Shown here piece after piece: positions 52,389 to 64,000 of a stretch of DNA of 64,000 nt (its first letter is position 1; the number at the start of each line of letters is the position of its first letter). The translations under genes and the position numbers were made by a program. Under the pieces are notes generated by a model. The model made no database searches and was not told where the DNA came from. It saw only the letters and a list, made by a program, of their open reading frames with translations. The stretch is taken from positions 5,580,001-5,644,000 of the forward strand of contig CM035354.1 of NCBI GenBank assembly GCA_020137815.1, in the 5' to 3' direction. Source of the stretch: Hormiphora californensis. Taxonomy: Eukaryota > Animalia > Ctenophora.

Positions 52389-53267
52389 ATGATCAGAAGA
52401 CAGGCACGACTCCGACGGGAATACCTTTATCGAAAGGGGCTCGAGGAACAGGAACGAGCAACCGCAGAACGGAAAGCTGCCCTCAAAACAGCCGTGGAGG
52501 ATGGGAAGAAAATCCCGACTGAGCTGAAGAAAGATGCAGTTTCCCTTCAGAAACAAATGGATATGGACGGAGCGGCGGATACCACCCTAAATTCAGTAGA
52601 CGACGAATATCTTTATGCAGGAGTAAAGGATCCCAAATTAGTGCTCACCACATCCCGTAATCCCAGCAGCAGATTGAAACAGTTCACCAAGGAGGTCCGA
52701 TTGATCTTGCCTAACTGCCAGAGGCTCAACAGGGGCCACTTTGTCGTCAAAGACCTGGTTGAGGCTTGTAAATCGAATGATGTTACAGACCTGATTATTC
52801 TCCATGAGCACAGAGGTGTCCCGGATGGAATTGTGATTTGTCACCTTCCCTACGGGCCCACTGCCTACTTTTCTCTCTCGAATGTGGTCATGAGACACGA
52901 TATCCCCAATGTTGGGCCCGTCCAGGAGATTTATCCTCATCTTGTCTTTCATAACTTTACCACCAAGTTGGGCAAACGAGTTGAATCGATCCTGAAGCAC
53001 TTATTTCCGGTTCCCAAAGACTCCAGCAAGCGTGTCATGTCATTTGTGAACAGTGAGGATTACATTTCTTTCCGGCACCACATGTGGAATGGACCGAACA
53101 GCAATATTGAGTTATCGGAGGTCGGGCCGCGATTTGAGATGAAGTTGTACGAGATTAAACAGGGTACCCTCGAGCAGAATCACGTCAACACAGAGTGGAA
53201 ATTACGGCCATTCATGAACACTGCTCGGAAACGGTATTTTATTGGTGACGAGGAGACAGACAGTTGA
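52389..53267 (+). CDS. IMP4: U3 snoRNP protein IMP4 (Brix domain), intronless
   Basis: MIRRQARLRREYLYRK, DDEY..AGVKDPK..TTSRNPSSRLKQF, HEHRGVPDG, HLPYGPTAYF, ELSEVGPRFEMKLY. Confidence 0.96.
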   Translation: MIRRQARLRREYLYRKGLEEQERATAERKAALKTAVEDGKKIPTELKKDAVSLQKQMDMDGAADTTLNSVDDEYLYAGVKDPKLVLTTSRNPSSRLKQFTKEVRLILPNCQRLNRGHFVVKDLVEACKSNDVTDLIILHEHRGVPDGIVICHLPYGPTAYFSLSNVVMRHDIPNVGPVQEIYPHLVFHNFTTKLGKRVESILKHLFPVPKDSSKRVMSFVNSEDYISFRHHMWNGPNSNIELSEVGPRFEMKLYEIKQGTLEQNHVNTEWKLRPFMNTARKRYFIGDEETDS

Positions 53268-53487
53268 GATGGGGGTGTGTTTTTAAAGACGAGGTTTTGT
53301 TAAAGAGGTTTTTCGACTTAACTTATTCATATCTTTTACTTCCAGTTTTAATTTATCAACTTAGTTCACTGTTTTATGTCTTGTGTTTTCTACCCCTTGT
53401 TACCGAATCGTGAACCCCCTGTTAGCCACCACCAACCTGCCGGTATTCCAATATCAACCACTAATTCCGATCCATATTTTGTTCAGT

Positions 53488-53941
53488 ATGAGTACAATGG
53501 ATGAGAAACCGTGGGATAGTCAGTATCAGTATCAGTGCAAAAAGAAAATGTTTGAGAGCCACAGAGAGGAGCTTGGAGATGAACGAGCCACTGCTCTTGC
53601 TAACGTCTGGGCAAACTATCACTTTCTCGGTAAGTGAACTTTCTTCAAATAAATGCGACTATCTTGAGTTGTATTTCTTCTTTTAATCCCCTTTTATTAT
53701 TGTAACCCCTGGCCCTCCTTTGTACAAACTTGTATAACAGTCCTGATTAACATTCAACGTCCCCCAATCAGGCTGTGAGTATCCTTACGAAGCGTTGGAA
53801 GCAATTAAGAGCTGGGGTCCACCGCCACGAAATAAGATGTACGAAGACAAGATGAGAGAGATAAAGGAGAGGGATGCCGTCAATTCAGAACAACGTTCTA
53901 TGACGAAACGTCCGTCGCAGAAGAGACAGCGGTGGGGATAG
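53488..53941 (+). CDS. Small XRN2-binding-domain (XTBD) protein, CDKN2AIPNL/PAXT-1-like, 2 exons (53488-53629, 53773-53941)
   Basis: Spliced product contains ERATALANVWANYHFLG|CEYPYEALEAI, matching the XTBD core L..vwaN..fLGC.Y; GT-AG intron keeps the frame. Confidence 0.75.
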
Positions 53942-54165
53942 AGATCCTGTTAATTTTAAATTTGTTTGTTTGTTCCCAGTGACAGTACTGTATGTTTGTC
54001 TAATATATTCTTGAATTTAACTCTCCATTTATCTTTTTTGGAAACCCGGCTATACTTTGATACCCCTCTTTCTCTCCAATTATAAATCCATTCCCACACT
54101 TCCCTTACGCAATACCCAAATTACTGATCAATACTCTTTCTCTCTGTAGCAATGTCAGATAGGTG

Positions 54166-57100
54166 ATGCCAGCCACTCGTCGATCTTCATCTAGGCTGAC
54201 GAAACCAGCTGAAGAGACACCATCAGCCGAGGATCAGGATGTGAAATCTGTCCCAGAAACAGTGGTCCTAGGGTCATGTCCTGTCGAGGAATCACTGGAA
54301 GAGTCCTCAAAGTCTGGGGCATTTGAAGAGTGTGTCGAGACTTCTGCCTCTGACCAAGAACCTCCAAAGGGGGACAGTGTCCAGGACATTCCTGTTGATA
54401 CCAAAACTGATGAAGAGCCTCTGGAATCTGCCCAGGCTCAGGAGTCTTCGCAAGAATCTGTCTCTGAGCAAATTTCCCTTGAATTTAATGCCAGGGACAT
54501 TTCCCAGCAATCTTCCCAGCTATCTTCCCAGCAATCTTCCCAGGACCGATCTTCCCAGCTATCTTCCCAGCAAACTTCCCAGGACCAATCTTCGCAGCTA
54601 TCTTCCCAGCAATCTTCCCAGGACCAATCTTCGCAGCAATCTTCCCTGGACCAATCTTCGCAGCACGAGCAACTGTCGCAGCAGTCCTCCCAGCAATCGG
54701 TTGTTCCCTTAGAGGTGGTCGAAGAGGTTCCCCATGCAGCAGAGAACATTGTCCAGAATGCAGACACAGTCGAGTATGAAACACCCGTTATTGCTGATCT
54801 CCCGTTTGAACCCCCAACAACAGACATTTCCATGACTATGCCAAGCGTGGTAAAAGCCCCAGTTCTATACCGGAGTGAAGAGATCAGTGAGCCGGTAAAC
54901 TCGACTATGGAGACAGATGAACCAGCCGATGGAGCTACCATCCCAGATGGTAATGAAGATGAGGATCAACCTCCGGAGGTTGAGACATCCCCAACGGAGG
55001 AAGATTTCGAGCTTGTACCCAACCGAGAGGAGTTGGAAAAATTTTGTGATCCAAATATCGAAGAGAAGTCCAGTGCAGATCAGCCGCTATTTCAGATAGT
55101 AAAAGAGTATAAGGATAAAATCAAGCACTCCCTTTTCGGGGACGCTAAAATTTACGATGCCCGGTTCTTGGCAGAATTTGGTGATTGTCATTGGTCCCTA
55201 ATGAGGACGGGAGAGGAGGTTAATCATCATTGGGTGCGTGCCAGATCAGATCCCGCGAACTTTGGATTCGCCAAGGTCCCTAGGAGGAACATTTTCCTTG
55301 AGGTCGGATATGGGGCGGTGTCCTATCGAAATTCTTAACACTATCTCTAAGACTGTTGTTGACGGCAAACTGACGATCAAATACAGTGATTCAACCAAGA
55401 CTGCGTTTGTGTACCTTAACGCCAAATTGGTGTCAAGGGGGAAAGCTGTAGATGGAATTGGAGTGGATCCTCAAATGTCTGCTGCCCGGCAGGCTTGTAA
55501 CGCGGCTCTTGTGTGGCTAAAAGGCTGTGGTGTATCCCTTCTCCCTATCCAGCTGTTGTCCGAGAGTCGTTTCCTCAAGGTTCCGCTCAGTTCGGTGATT
55601 GGTCCGGAACTTAATATGCAGATAGAAGAACATGTCCAGCATTTCTGCAAAAAAGAGGCACTCTGGTGCCTCTTCTTCACGCTTAACAAGAAAACGACTG
55701 AGGACGGTGTGGACTGGTTGTCAAGTCTGAAAAATATCGCCCTATGCTACGGACTATCTATGGTCGTTGATAAGAGTTTGGGTTTCCTTCTCTATAAGAA
55801 GACGAATAAAGCACCTGGGTATAAGATGTCCAACAAGACTGCCACTGATCAGGACACGGTTATAGGGGATGATAATGTGATAACGGTTGACTTTAATTAC
55901 GTTCACAAGCATAGTGATAAGGGTGAGATGTGCGGTAGTTGTGGCACCAAAATACCCGATTTCGCTAATAAAGACGCAACCTTCAACATAGTAGCCCAAT
56001 GGTGTAACCTGGGTGCAGATTGGAAAGCCACCAATGCTGCATACTTGCTATACCTGACACCTAGGTGGAAGAACTTTCCAGCATTCATAGAGGAATTGCC
56101 TGGTCACCTCGATGAGCTCGGGAAGATGGGCTTTCATTTCCGGACCACTTTCCAAAGAACTTGGAAGTAGATGCTGGGAGGCAAAGTGTTCACTCTCCGG
56201 GCATGTTCTTACTAATACTTTCGAGCACAGGAGAGCCCATACCGTAGCTGAACCTAGAGCCATTTCCCAGGCCTTCTTTCTTCTGGCCAGGAAGTTCCAT
56301 TTTTATACCAATCAGCGGCATGTACCACTCAGCCGGAGGAAAACATATCAAGTGGATGATTATACCACGCTAAAGATGACAGGAATGATTGAGCATTTCC
56401 TGAGCGATCCTGATCTATGGGCCATGGACATTAGTTCGGAGCTACAGGACCGACTACATGACAGTCAGCAAGAAATGTTGAAAGCTGAAGCTCTAAAACA
56501 CCAACTCAGTATTCTCCTTAAACCTAGGATAGTGATTCTGAAAAAGACCTGTCGCCTCCATAACATCCGATTCCAGGTTCCTTCGTTTTCCAAGGAGAAG
56601 ATACCAGGTGATGTTATTGTTCACCGGAACCGGATTGTAGTCACCAAGGAACGGTTTACTTACCTAAACGATCGTGGGGAGATATTTGTCTACCTGAAGT
56701 TCGTTTTCGAAAGTTTGAAGTTCATAGATATTCTGGAATATCAGTATCCTACAAATGATGAGAGTTTGAGTCTGACCGCGGACCGCATCGGAGAGCTGGG
56801 TTATTTTGTAACCTTAGATCGGGAAAACAATGTATTCTACATTACAAAGGAGGAATCGATAAACCCCAAACCTCCTATGGAAACGAAGGTTTGTTTTTCA
56901 GTTTTCTAACCACCCCTGTTCTTTCTTTGTCCCCACTCCCCACCCCAGTTTTCCTAATGTTTTACAGCCTGCTAACAGCTCCTTTATCCCACCAGCCTCT
57001 ACCGAATAACAAGGACAGCATGGAAAAATTGAATGTCAACCATATCACCGCGGAAGTGTTGCAAAATCACAAAATGGTTGACATATTCGCGAACTTCCAG

Positions 57101-58011
57101 AACGCCCACAAGACCTGAAATGTATTTTGATGGTCCTATAAGCTCGGCTGACAGAGAACTGATCCAAACGCAGGTCGAGGGGAGGTGGAGAATAGGAACA
57201 TGGGGAAATTCGTGTATTCGTGTCTTCAAGGATGGAGCCTCTCAATCAGCTGTAAGTTCTAACATTTTTACAAGTTTTCAAAGCATAATTATCTTGGGCC
57301 CCTATCTAATATCTTGTCAATTTTTTATTAACTTACCGCACTTACCTCCCTATCCCTCTCCCTCTCAGACTGCATCGTCTGGAAAGAAGCCAGGAAAAAG
57401 GCCTAAAAAGAAGGAAACAAACAATGAAAGGGCCGAGCGGAGAAAACGATCACAATTAAAAGTGAGAGAAGGTCTTGAACGTGCCCAGGCCAGGACAGCT
57501 ACCGGGGGATATCCCTCTCTCCTTCCACAACCCTCCACTTCTCATGCCTAGACCGGCTGCTTCCACGCCCCTTCTTCTCCAACAGAACAATCCAGTCGGT
57601 ATTAAAAGGGTTGTGATCAACCATTCTGCCACCGCCCCTCCCTCTAAACGCCCATCCCTGTCGGATCCACGACCCCTATCGGATCTACGACCCCTGTCGG
57701 ATCCTCGACCCCTGTCGGAACCACGAACGAGCCTGTTACGACCATCCTACATAATGGACTCTGGCAGAAATGAGGGATACGTAGGGGGCTCCTCCAACAC
57801 CCACTCAGCCCATCCAAGCAGACAAGTTCCTGAAACATTTAACAGTCGTTCAAGTTACTCTAGCCACCAACCGTCAGAGAGCTTTAATAACCACGGGGCA
57901 CATTCGAGTAGGTCAACCGGACTTTTATCAGCCCATCCTAGTAGGCAGGTCAATTTGAATGGTAACCAGGGTTACGATAGTCACCGAACAAATTCGAGGT
58001 GGCAGCCGTAA
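54166..58011 (+). CDS. Large protein A: acidic/SSQ-repeat N-terminus plus dsRBD-like and R3H-like modules (NKRF/CARF-like); apparent frameshifts near 55320, 56165 and 57110
   Basis: Consecutive long ORFs 54163, 55238, 56112, 57033 and 57475; AFVYLNAKLVSRG..AARQACNAALVWL (dsRBD-like); MYFDGPISSADRELIQ (R3H-like). Confidence 0.5.
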
Positions 58012-58208
58012 AGAGAACATCTTGTGACATTTCCTATAAACTATTCATGTTACACAACGTTTTAAAATACTCCCCCTTTAAATGTTACGATTGATTTTTT
58101 AATATCCGAGATGTGACTCTTCTTATTCCGTCCCCACTCCCTAACACTAAAATAGCTAACCCCCGTCTTCTCATTTTAGTTCTTCCCACCCTCTCACAAG
58201 AGGGCTCC

Positions 58209-61200
58209 ATGACTCTCACCTGCGATGGAATCAAGGTGGATTATAATGCCGAGTTCAACTTGGGAAGGAAGGAAATAACGAAGTGCGGGAAATGTAATAC
58301 ATTGACTCCGAAGTTGGCCAAATATAATCCTTGCAATAGCCTAAATAGGACATGGGGTAACGTGAGGACAAATATTTCATCGGTTGCAGGGAACTACATC
58401 TTTTTTCTCATGCCCCGTTGGCAAAATTTTGAGGAATTTAGAACACAGGCTTCACACAGATATCAGGAGACTCTCAGGGTGCTGGGATTTGATTTCCAAA
58501 CAGTAACCGGGGCGCTTGGAACAAAGGGCTTTTGCCACGAGGCCAAGTGTTTTCTCAATGGGTTGGTTCTCTCCCACGTGTCTATCCACAAGAAAAAGGA
58601 GGAGGCGGCATCTGCCCTCGCATTCCTACAGAGTCTCCTTCTGCTACGACACAAGCGAGCTAACGTGCACATTAAGACCCACATCCCTTTAGCCAATAGA
58701 AAAGTGTACAGGCAGGCTGACCTGATGTCCATGAAATCTGGTGAGATAATGGATGATTTCGCTGCTAATCCAGACCTCTGGGTGATGGAACTGTCCTCTG
58801 ACGCTAGCAATGGTTTGGTGCCGGGTTGGCAGGAGGAGCTTTCTGTTTTGGCTGCACAACACAATCTGCTGGTTCAGAAGGGCAAGAATTTCTATTGTAT
58901 GAAAACAAACTGTGGTCAGCACAATGTTCGGTTTCAGGTCCCTTGCGACGGCAAACCTGGTACCATCTTCGTTCACGGGACCCACGTGGTCGTTTCCAAG
59001 GAGCGGGTATCCTTCTTCAATAGGAGCCGAGGAGGTCTCCAATACTACGTAATGTTCAGTCTTCGAAAAGCTGAAGTTTATCGAGGTTATCGACTTTTAT
59101 CACGCTGAAAATGAGGTCATTATGGATCTTCGGCTGGTGAAGGATGATGGGTTTTGTGTACACGATGAAGATATTGGTGTCGTCTATGTGGCTAGGAATC
59201 AATCTATCAACCCTCGTGATGGTGTTAACAGGGTAAGACTCTGATCGATTGCTATGTTTTTTTTGCCACTTCCTTTTTTTTCTTTAGCCAGACGCTAAGC
59301 AAACCGCATACCGCCCGGGTATTAGTAACTATGGCGCTATTGTTGTTGTTCAACAGTGGTGCCATATTGGCCAGCCGCACAGCGCCGCCCAAAGCGTTGT
59401 CCACGACGTCCAAAACACGCAAAAAAAACATTCAATTTGAGCGGAGTGCGCCTTTGACATCGTGGACAACGCTTCATGCGGGCGGCCAATATGACGGGGC
59501 ACTACTGTAAGCTCCCCCTTTCCCGATTTCGATTAAATGGCATTTGTCACTTCCTTTTCTAACAGTAACATTTCTTCCCATCCCCCAGAAACCGCCTAAA
59601 CCGGTACCAAGCTTGGACTCTGTTGACACAGTCCACGTTACCAGGGCAGCCCTTGCCAACTACACGGCTCTGTATTGCGTCACGTTTTTTAAGAAAAGTG
59701 GCCAATCTCAAGTAATCTTTGATGGTCCTCTCTCTCCCGAAAACGATGATTACTTACATAAGTTTGCACAGACTAATAATCTGAATGTGGAACAATTCCC
59801 GGACGGTGGTTTACGGATTACTAAAGACACAAATAAACGCATTGTGAGTTGACTTTTTAGGGGGTTAAGAGTATCCCAAAAAGTTGGCTCTTTTGAAACC
59901 TCCGAGTTCCGACCGACCCCCCCCCCCCCAAAGAATCATTTTTCAAAATCACCTCCACCACTTCATGACATCATCGCATCGAGTCGCAATGGGGATCCCT
60001 AATAAAGTTATGACTTGTCACCGTTGTTGAGCGGAGGGCTGAGAGTGTCTTGTCACCGCACGGTGACAGCTCACTCTCAGCCCTCCGCAAGACTACGGTG
60101 AACCATATGCTTTTAGGTACGTCCACCATGCGGTGACAAGTTACATGATCTACTCCACAAGACTAAAGTGAAAAGTCACAACTTTATTAGGGACCCCTAT
60201 CTCAACAGACACACTACTACACTGTGCTCAGTAGTACATTAAAGTACATACTGTTTCTAATTTTTCGATACCCACTTCTTCCAGGAAAACGCCTCGACCA
60301 TCAAAGTAAGGAACCGGCGATTGAAGAAACACATGAACAATCTGAAGATCCCTAAATACCCAAGTGATCAGCTGCAGCCGAGATATGAAGATGGAGCTGC
60401 TGGACCCTCTGTAGCATATGATGATGATGCTGATGATAGTGACATGTCACTGTCTCCTGAAAGGCCTCGAGAATTCGATCCCTACTTTTCAGGACAGTTT
60501 GCACCTCTTCCTCAAGAGCCGCTCAGACCCCATCCATCTAGGTTCTCCCGTCCCGGCCGGGCAGCAAATTACCCGCCTCAACCTCACCCCTACTATCATG
60601 CCACACACAATCCTGGGTATCATTCCACTAACAATGTACCAGCAGGAACCGGTGCCAGCACATCATGCTTCTACTTCTGATGCTCCCAAACTGGACGGTA
60701 TTGATACGGATGCTATAACCAATAATGTCCTATCCCGTCTTCTGGCGTCTAAGCTCGTAAAGGAGCTGGCAGATAATGGTTCTCATAAACGGCCCATAGA
60801 GTACGAAAACTCTACTTCGAGGTCATCAAAACGCCCCATGGCAGATGATAAGCGATATCCTAACGAGAGAAGGCGGCCAGAGGATTTCAACGCGGATGAT
60901 TTTCTACGGGAAAGCAGTTACGATCGAGATCGCAGATTGCAGAAAAGTGAATACGACCGAAGCGGCAATCGGAAAGAAGTTGGCTACGATCGATTTGAAA
61001 AGAGGGAGGAGCACTATCACGATCATTCTGAAACGAGGCGAGAGTACAGTAACAACCGGTATAAACGGGAACGGGAAGGCAGTTACGATAGAAGTGAAAG
61101 AAGGTATGAAAATAGCTACGACAGAAGTGAAAGAAGGCGGGTGAGCAGTTATGATCGAGACGAAAGACGAAGGGGAAGCAGTTATGATCGAGACGAAAGA

Positions 61201-61566
61201 CGGAGGGAAAGCAGTTATGATCGAGACGAAAGACGAAGGGAAAGCAGCTATGGTCGAGATGAAAGAAGTCATCCGAATTATTACGGTCAAGAGGAAGAAA
61301 GGACAAATGTTCGCGGAGAAAGGGGGTATGAACCCAGCGGTGAGCAACACATTCGTTTCCAACAAAGGGGTTTCCAAGACGGTGTTTGCGTAGGTGATCG
61401 ATACCAGAACAGCGGTTACCACGATAGAATTGGCGAATACCAAGCCGGTCATTTCTCTGACCGCCATTTAAATGACAGTGAATTTCGGGACCGTGATCGA
61501 ATTGTAACTGTAGTCCCTGAGAACACTGGTGTGCGAGTTGTTCGTCAATACACAGACAATGAGTGA
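58209..61566 (+). CDS. Large protein B, tandem paralog of A, with an RD/RS-rich C-terminal repeat; multi-exon
   Basis: Aligns by eye with A (PRWQNF/PRWKNF, HEAKCFLNG/WEAKCSLSG, NPDLWVMELSS/DPDLWAMDISS, HNVRFQVP/HNIRFQVP); R3H-like VIFDGPLSPENDDYLHKFAQTNNL; SSYDRDERRR repeats. Confidence 0.55.
59991..60197. mobile_element. Palindromic MITE in an intron
   Basis: gggga-tccctaataaagtt / aactttattagggacccc termini; internal hairpin gcggagggctgagagtg..cactctcagccctccgc. Confidence 0.7.
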
Positions 61567-61690
61567 TGGGAGTTATCGTAATTGTTCCATCTCCATACAT
61601 TTCTTTTGTTTTTCATCATTTTTAACCCAGATTTATAACTCTGAAAATAAATCGAAACTAAACTTTGATTTGAATTTCCTAGTTATAACC

Positions 61691-63703
61691 ATGTCGTACG
61701 CTCAGCAGGGTGAAGATGGTGATGAAGACACCCAAGATTTTGCCTTTCAGACGTCGCTCACCGGAACCATCTTTGTGGTTGATTGTTCTCCGGATATGAT
61801 TTGTCCGGTGGATGGCTCCGAGGCCAAGGTAACCGGGGTAATCCTGGCGCTGGAAGCGATCAAAAGTACATATCAGCAGCGTCTAATTAGCGGCACAAGC
61901 GACTACATTGGCGTGGTTATGGTGGGTGTTAAGGACGCTGGTGATCGGGCCGGAATCAAGACCCTTCTACCCCTGGATACTCCTGACAAGGACAGTCTGA
62001 GAGTGGTTGAGGACCTCCTGACACGGTGTAGGAGTGGAACAGGGATCGTTGGAAATGAGGAATATTCTCCCTACGAGATGTTATGGGTGTGTAACAGCAT
62101 GTACACGAGCTGTGTAAAAAAGTTGGGATCCCGTCAGGTTATAATCTTCACCAATGTTTCCGAGCCGCCAATGATCCGTTCTGATCCCAAGATTCGAACC
62201 ATGGCAACTACAAAATCACGCGACATGTCCGAGATTGGAGTTCTTATCTCGCTGATTACAACACCCGGAACTAGTGCGTTTAATATGGACCTGTTCTACT
62301 CCTCTATCGTTCCAGACACCCATCGCACCGTGAACCCAACCGAGGATATTGAAGATTTCTGTGATAGAGTCAAACAGCAGCAAACAAGGGTCCGAACCTC
62401 AGCATCTATCCCATTTTTCTTTGGACCTAAGGAGATTGGTGTGGCATGTTCTGCTCTTTATGGTACTACTAAAACTACGGGTGTCAATCTTTGTAGTGTT
62501 ACGAATCAGCAAGTTTCCATCACTTCGGCCTTGGTCCGGGAGTCCGATCGGGCGGTACTTCTTCCTCATGAGGTGTATCGATCAGCTCAGCTGGGCTCGG
62601 GCGGGCCACCGATTCTGCTGTCCCAGGAGGATATTGATGAGATGGCCCCTAAAGTGGACAAGGGAATCCACGTTTTGAGCATGGAACCAGCAGATAGTCT
62701 GAAAGCACATCACTTGGGTGGGAAGACCCTCTTTATCCGGCCCTCAGACAAGGTCTATCAGGGTAGTACCAAGTTCTTCTGCGCCCTTTTGGAAAGGATG
62801 CTGGCAAGAGACCTTATCGCTCGGTGTCACTGCGTCCCTAGGGCCGGGTTCTGTGGGTACCTTGGTGCATTGGTTCCCCAAAAAGAGGAAACAAACGCAG
62901 ATGGTAAGCAGGTTCGGGCAGCAGGATTCAACCTAATACGACTCCCCTATAAGAACTCCATTAAGAAAATTGACTATGAGGGACTCAACATGCCGAGTCA
63001 AACCCAGATCAGTGCTGCCAAGTCGCTGGCTCTCAAACTCAGAGCGAAGTGGAGTCCTGAGCTTATGGAAAACCCCACTACTTCACAGTTTAACAAAGCC
63101 TTAGAGGCGATCGCTCTCGAGAAGGACCGAGTTGAGACCCCAGAGGATCAAACTCAGCCGGATGTAGCCGCCATGAGGACCAGAGCAGGGAGTGAGATGG
63201 ACGCTTTTAACAAGAGCGTCTTTCCAAATGGATATCAGCTACCTGAAGCGTGCAAAAAAGTTGACTACAAACCAATCATAAGAAAGGTAATGTTCCCACT
63301 CAGCTGCCGCGAGGGGGTTCACAGCGGGATGTTACGTATCACAAACGTATTAGGATGCCTGATGTCACGCTGTGTACTACCAAAACTGTCTCGTAGCAGT
63401 TTTTAATTTAATAGTTTTTATACTCCAAACGTCTATAAATTATAGACATTTGTCTATTTTACCACTTACTTTCCTTGCTGTCAGCAGTGCTGTTTCAGTT
63501 TCAATATTTCATATCCATTTTCATTGGTTTATTCCTAACACATCATCTCTTTCCCTCAGGTTGAGTCGAGGGCAAGAGAAGGAACTCTGAATAAACTTCC
63601 TGTTAATGATCTCAAACTCTACGCCAAAGGTGTCAAATTGGGTCTCAAGTCAACCGCCAAAAAGGCAGAACTGGTCCAGGCAATCTCCAAGTTTATTGGG
63701 TAA
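61691..63703 (+). CDS. XRCC6: Ku70 DNA end-binding protein, 2 exons (61691-63286, 63560-63703)
   Basis: vWA TIFVVDCS..D.IGVV, MLWVC; core GSTKFFCALL, ALVPQKEE..GFNLIRLPY, ENP..KALEAIAL; SAP-like exon LNKLPVNDLK..KKAELVQAI. Confidence 0.85.
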
Positions 63704-64000
63704 AATGGTGTGGCTTTTTATGGAGCATTGTTCCTATTCGTTCAATTCGTCACTTCCATCTCAATGGTGCAACAAGTTGTTGGTTAGAAAGTGACATACT
63801 CACTTAAATGTATTTTAATTTTTAGTATGCCTGTAAATTTTAACTTATTTTTATAGTTTCACACATTGCTACGTTTTCAAAACATCACTTGTTTTTCCTC
63901 GATCTGTGTTTCATCTACATCTTTAACCCCACCCCTCCTGATTAGGCGATGAACTATAATGTGTATCCACCACCCCTCATGAAATCCAGCACTAGTTTGA

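Noticed and set aside
61529-61690. N-terminal extension of the Ku70 ORF, and its read-through to 63406
   Set aside because: The likely start is ATG 61691 after an acceptor; a donor at 63287 splices to the SAP exon.

Overview
Compact animal genomic DNA, very probably from a cydippid ctenophore (Pleurobrachia/Hormiphora-like). This is inferred from a ctenophore spliced-leader (SL) match, short introns and characteristic MITEs. From left to right: a decayed CRE-clade non-LTR retrotransposon with a PHD finger (1-1950); a 4.46-kb nested palindrome (2391-6852); an orphan secreted Cys-rich gene; a PRDM-like PR/SET-zinc-finger gene with an LDLa/CUB gene nested in one intron; and a minus-strand motile-cilia cluster (SPAG6, DRC1, CFAP210, axonemal beta-tubulin) with operon-like spacing and X-box-like motifs. 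Next is a repeat island holding a processed retrocopy that starts with the spliced leader, encodes only a LINE ORF1-like protein and ends in poly(A) with a short TSD, plus a 3.9-kb foldback element. The window ends with a dense plus-strand run of nine genes (ATP23, RNF126/115, HMCES, INTS11, IMP4, XTBD-only protein, two dsRBD/R3H-like paralogs, Ku70) that looks like an SL-resolved operon. Several conserved genes show single frameshifts that are probably assembly indels. All family assignments are by eye and from recalled motifs; no searches were run.
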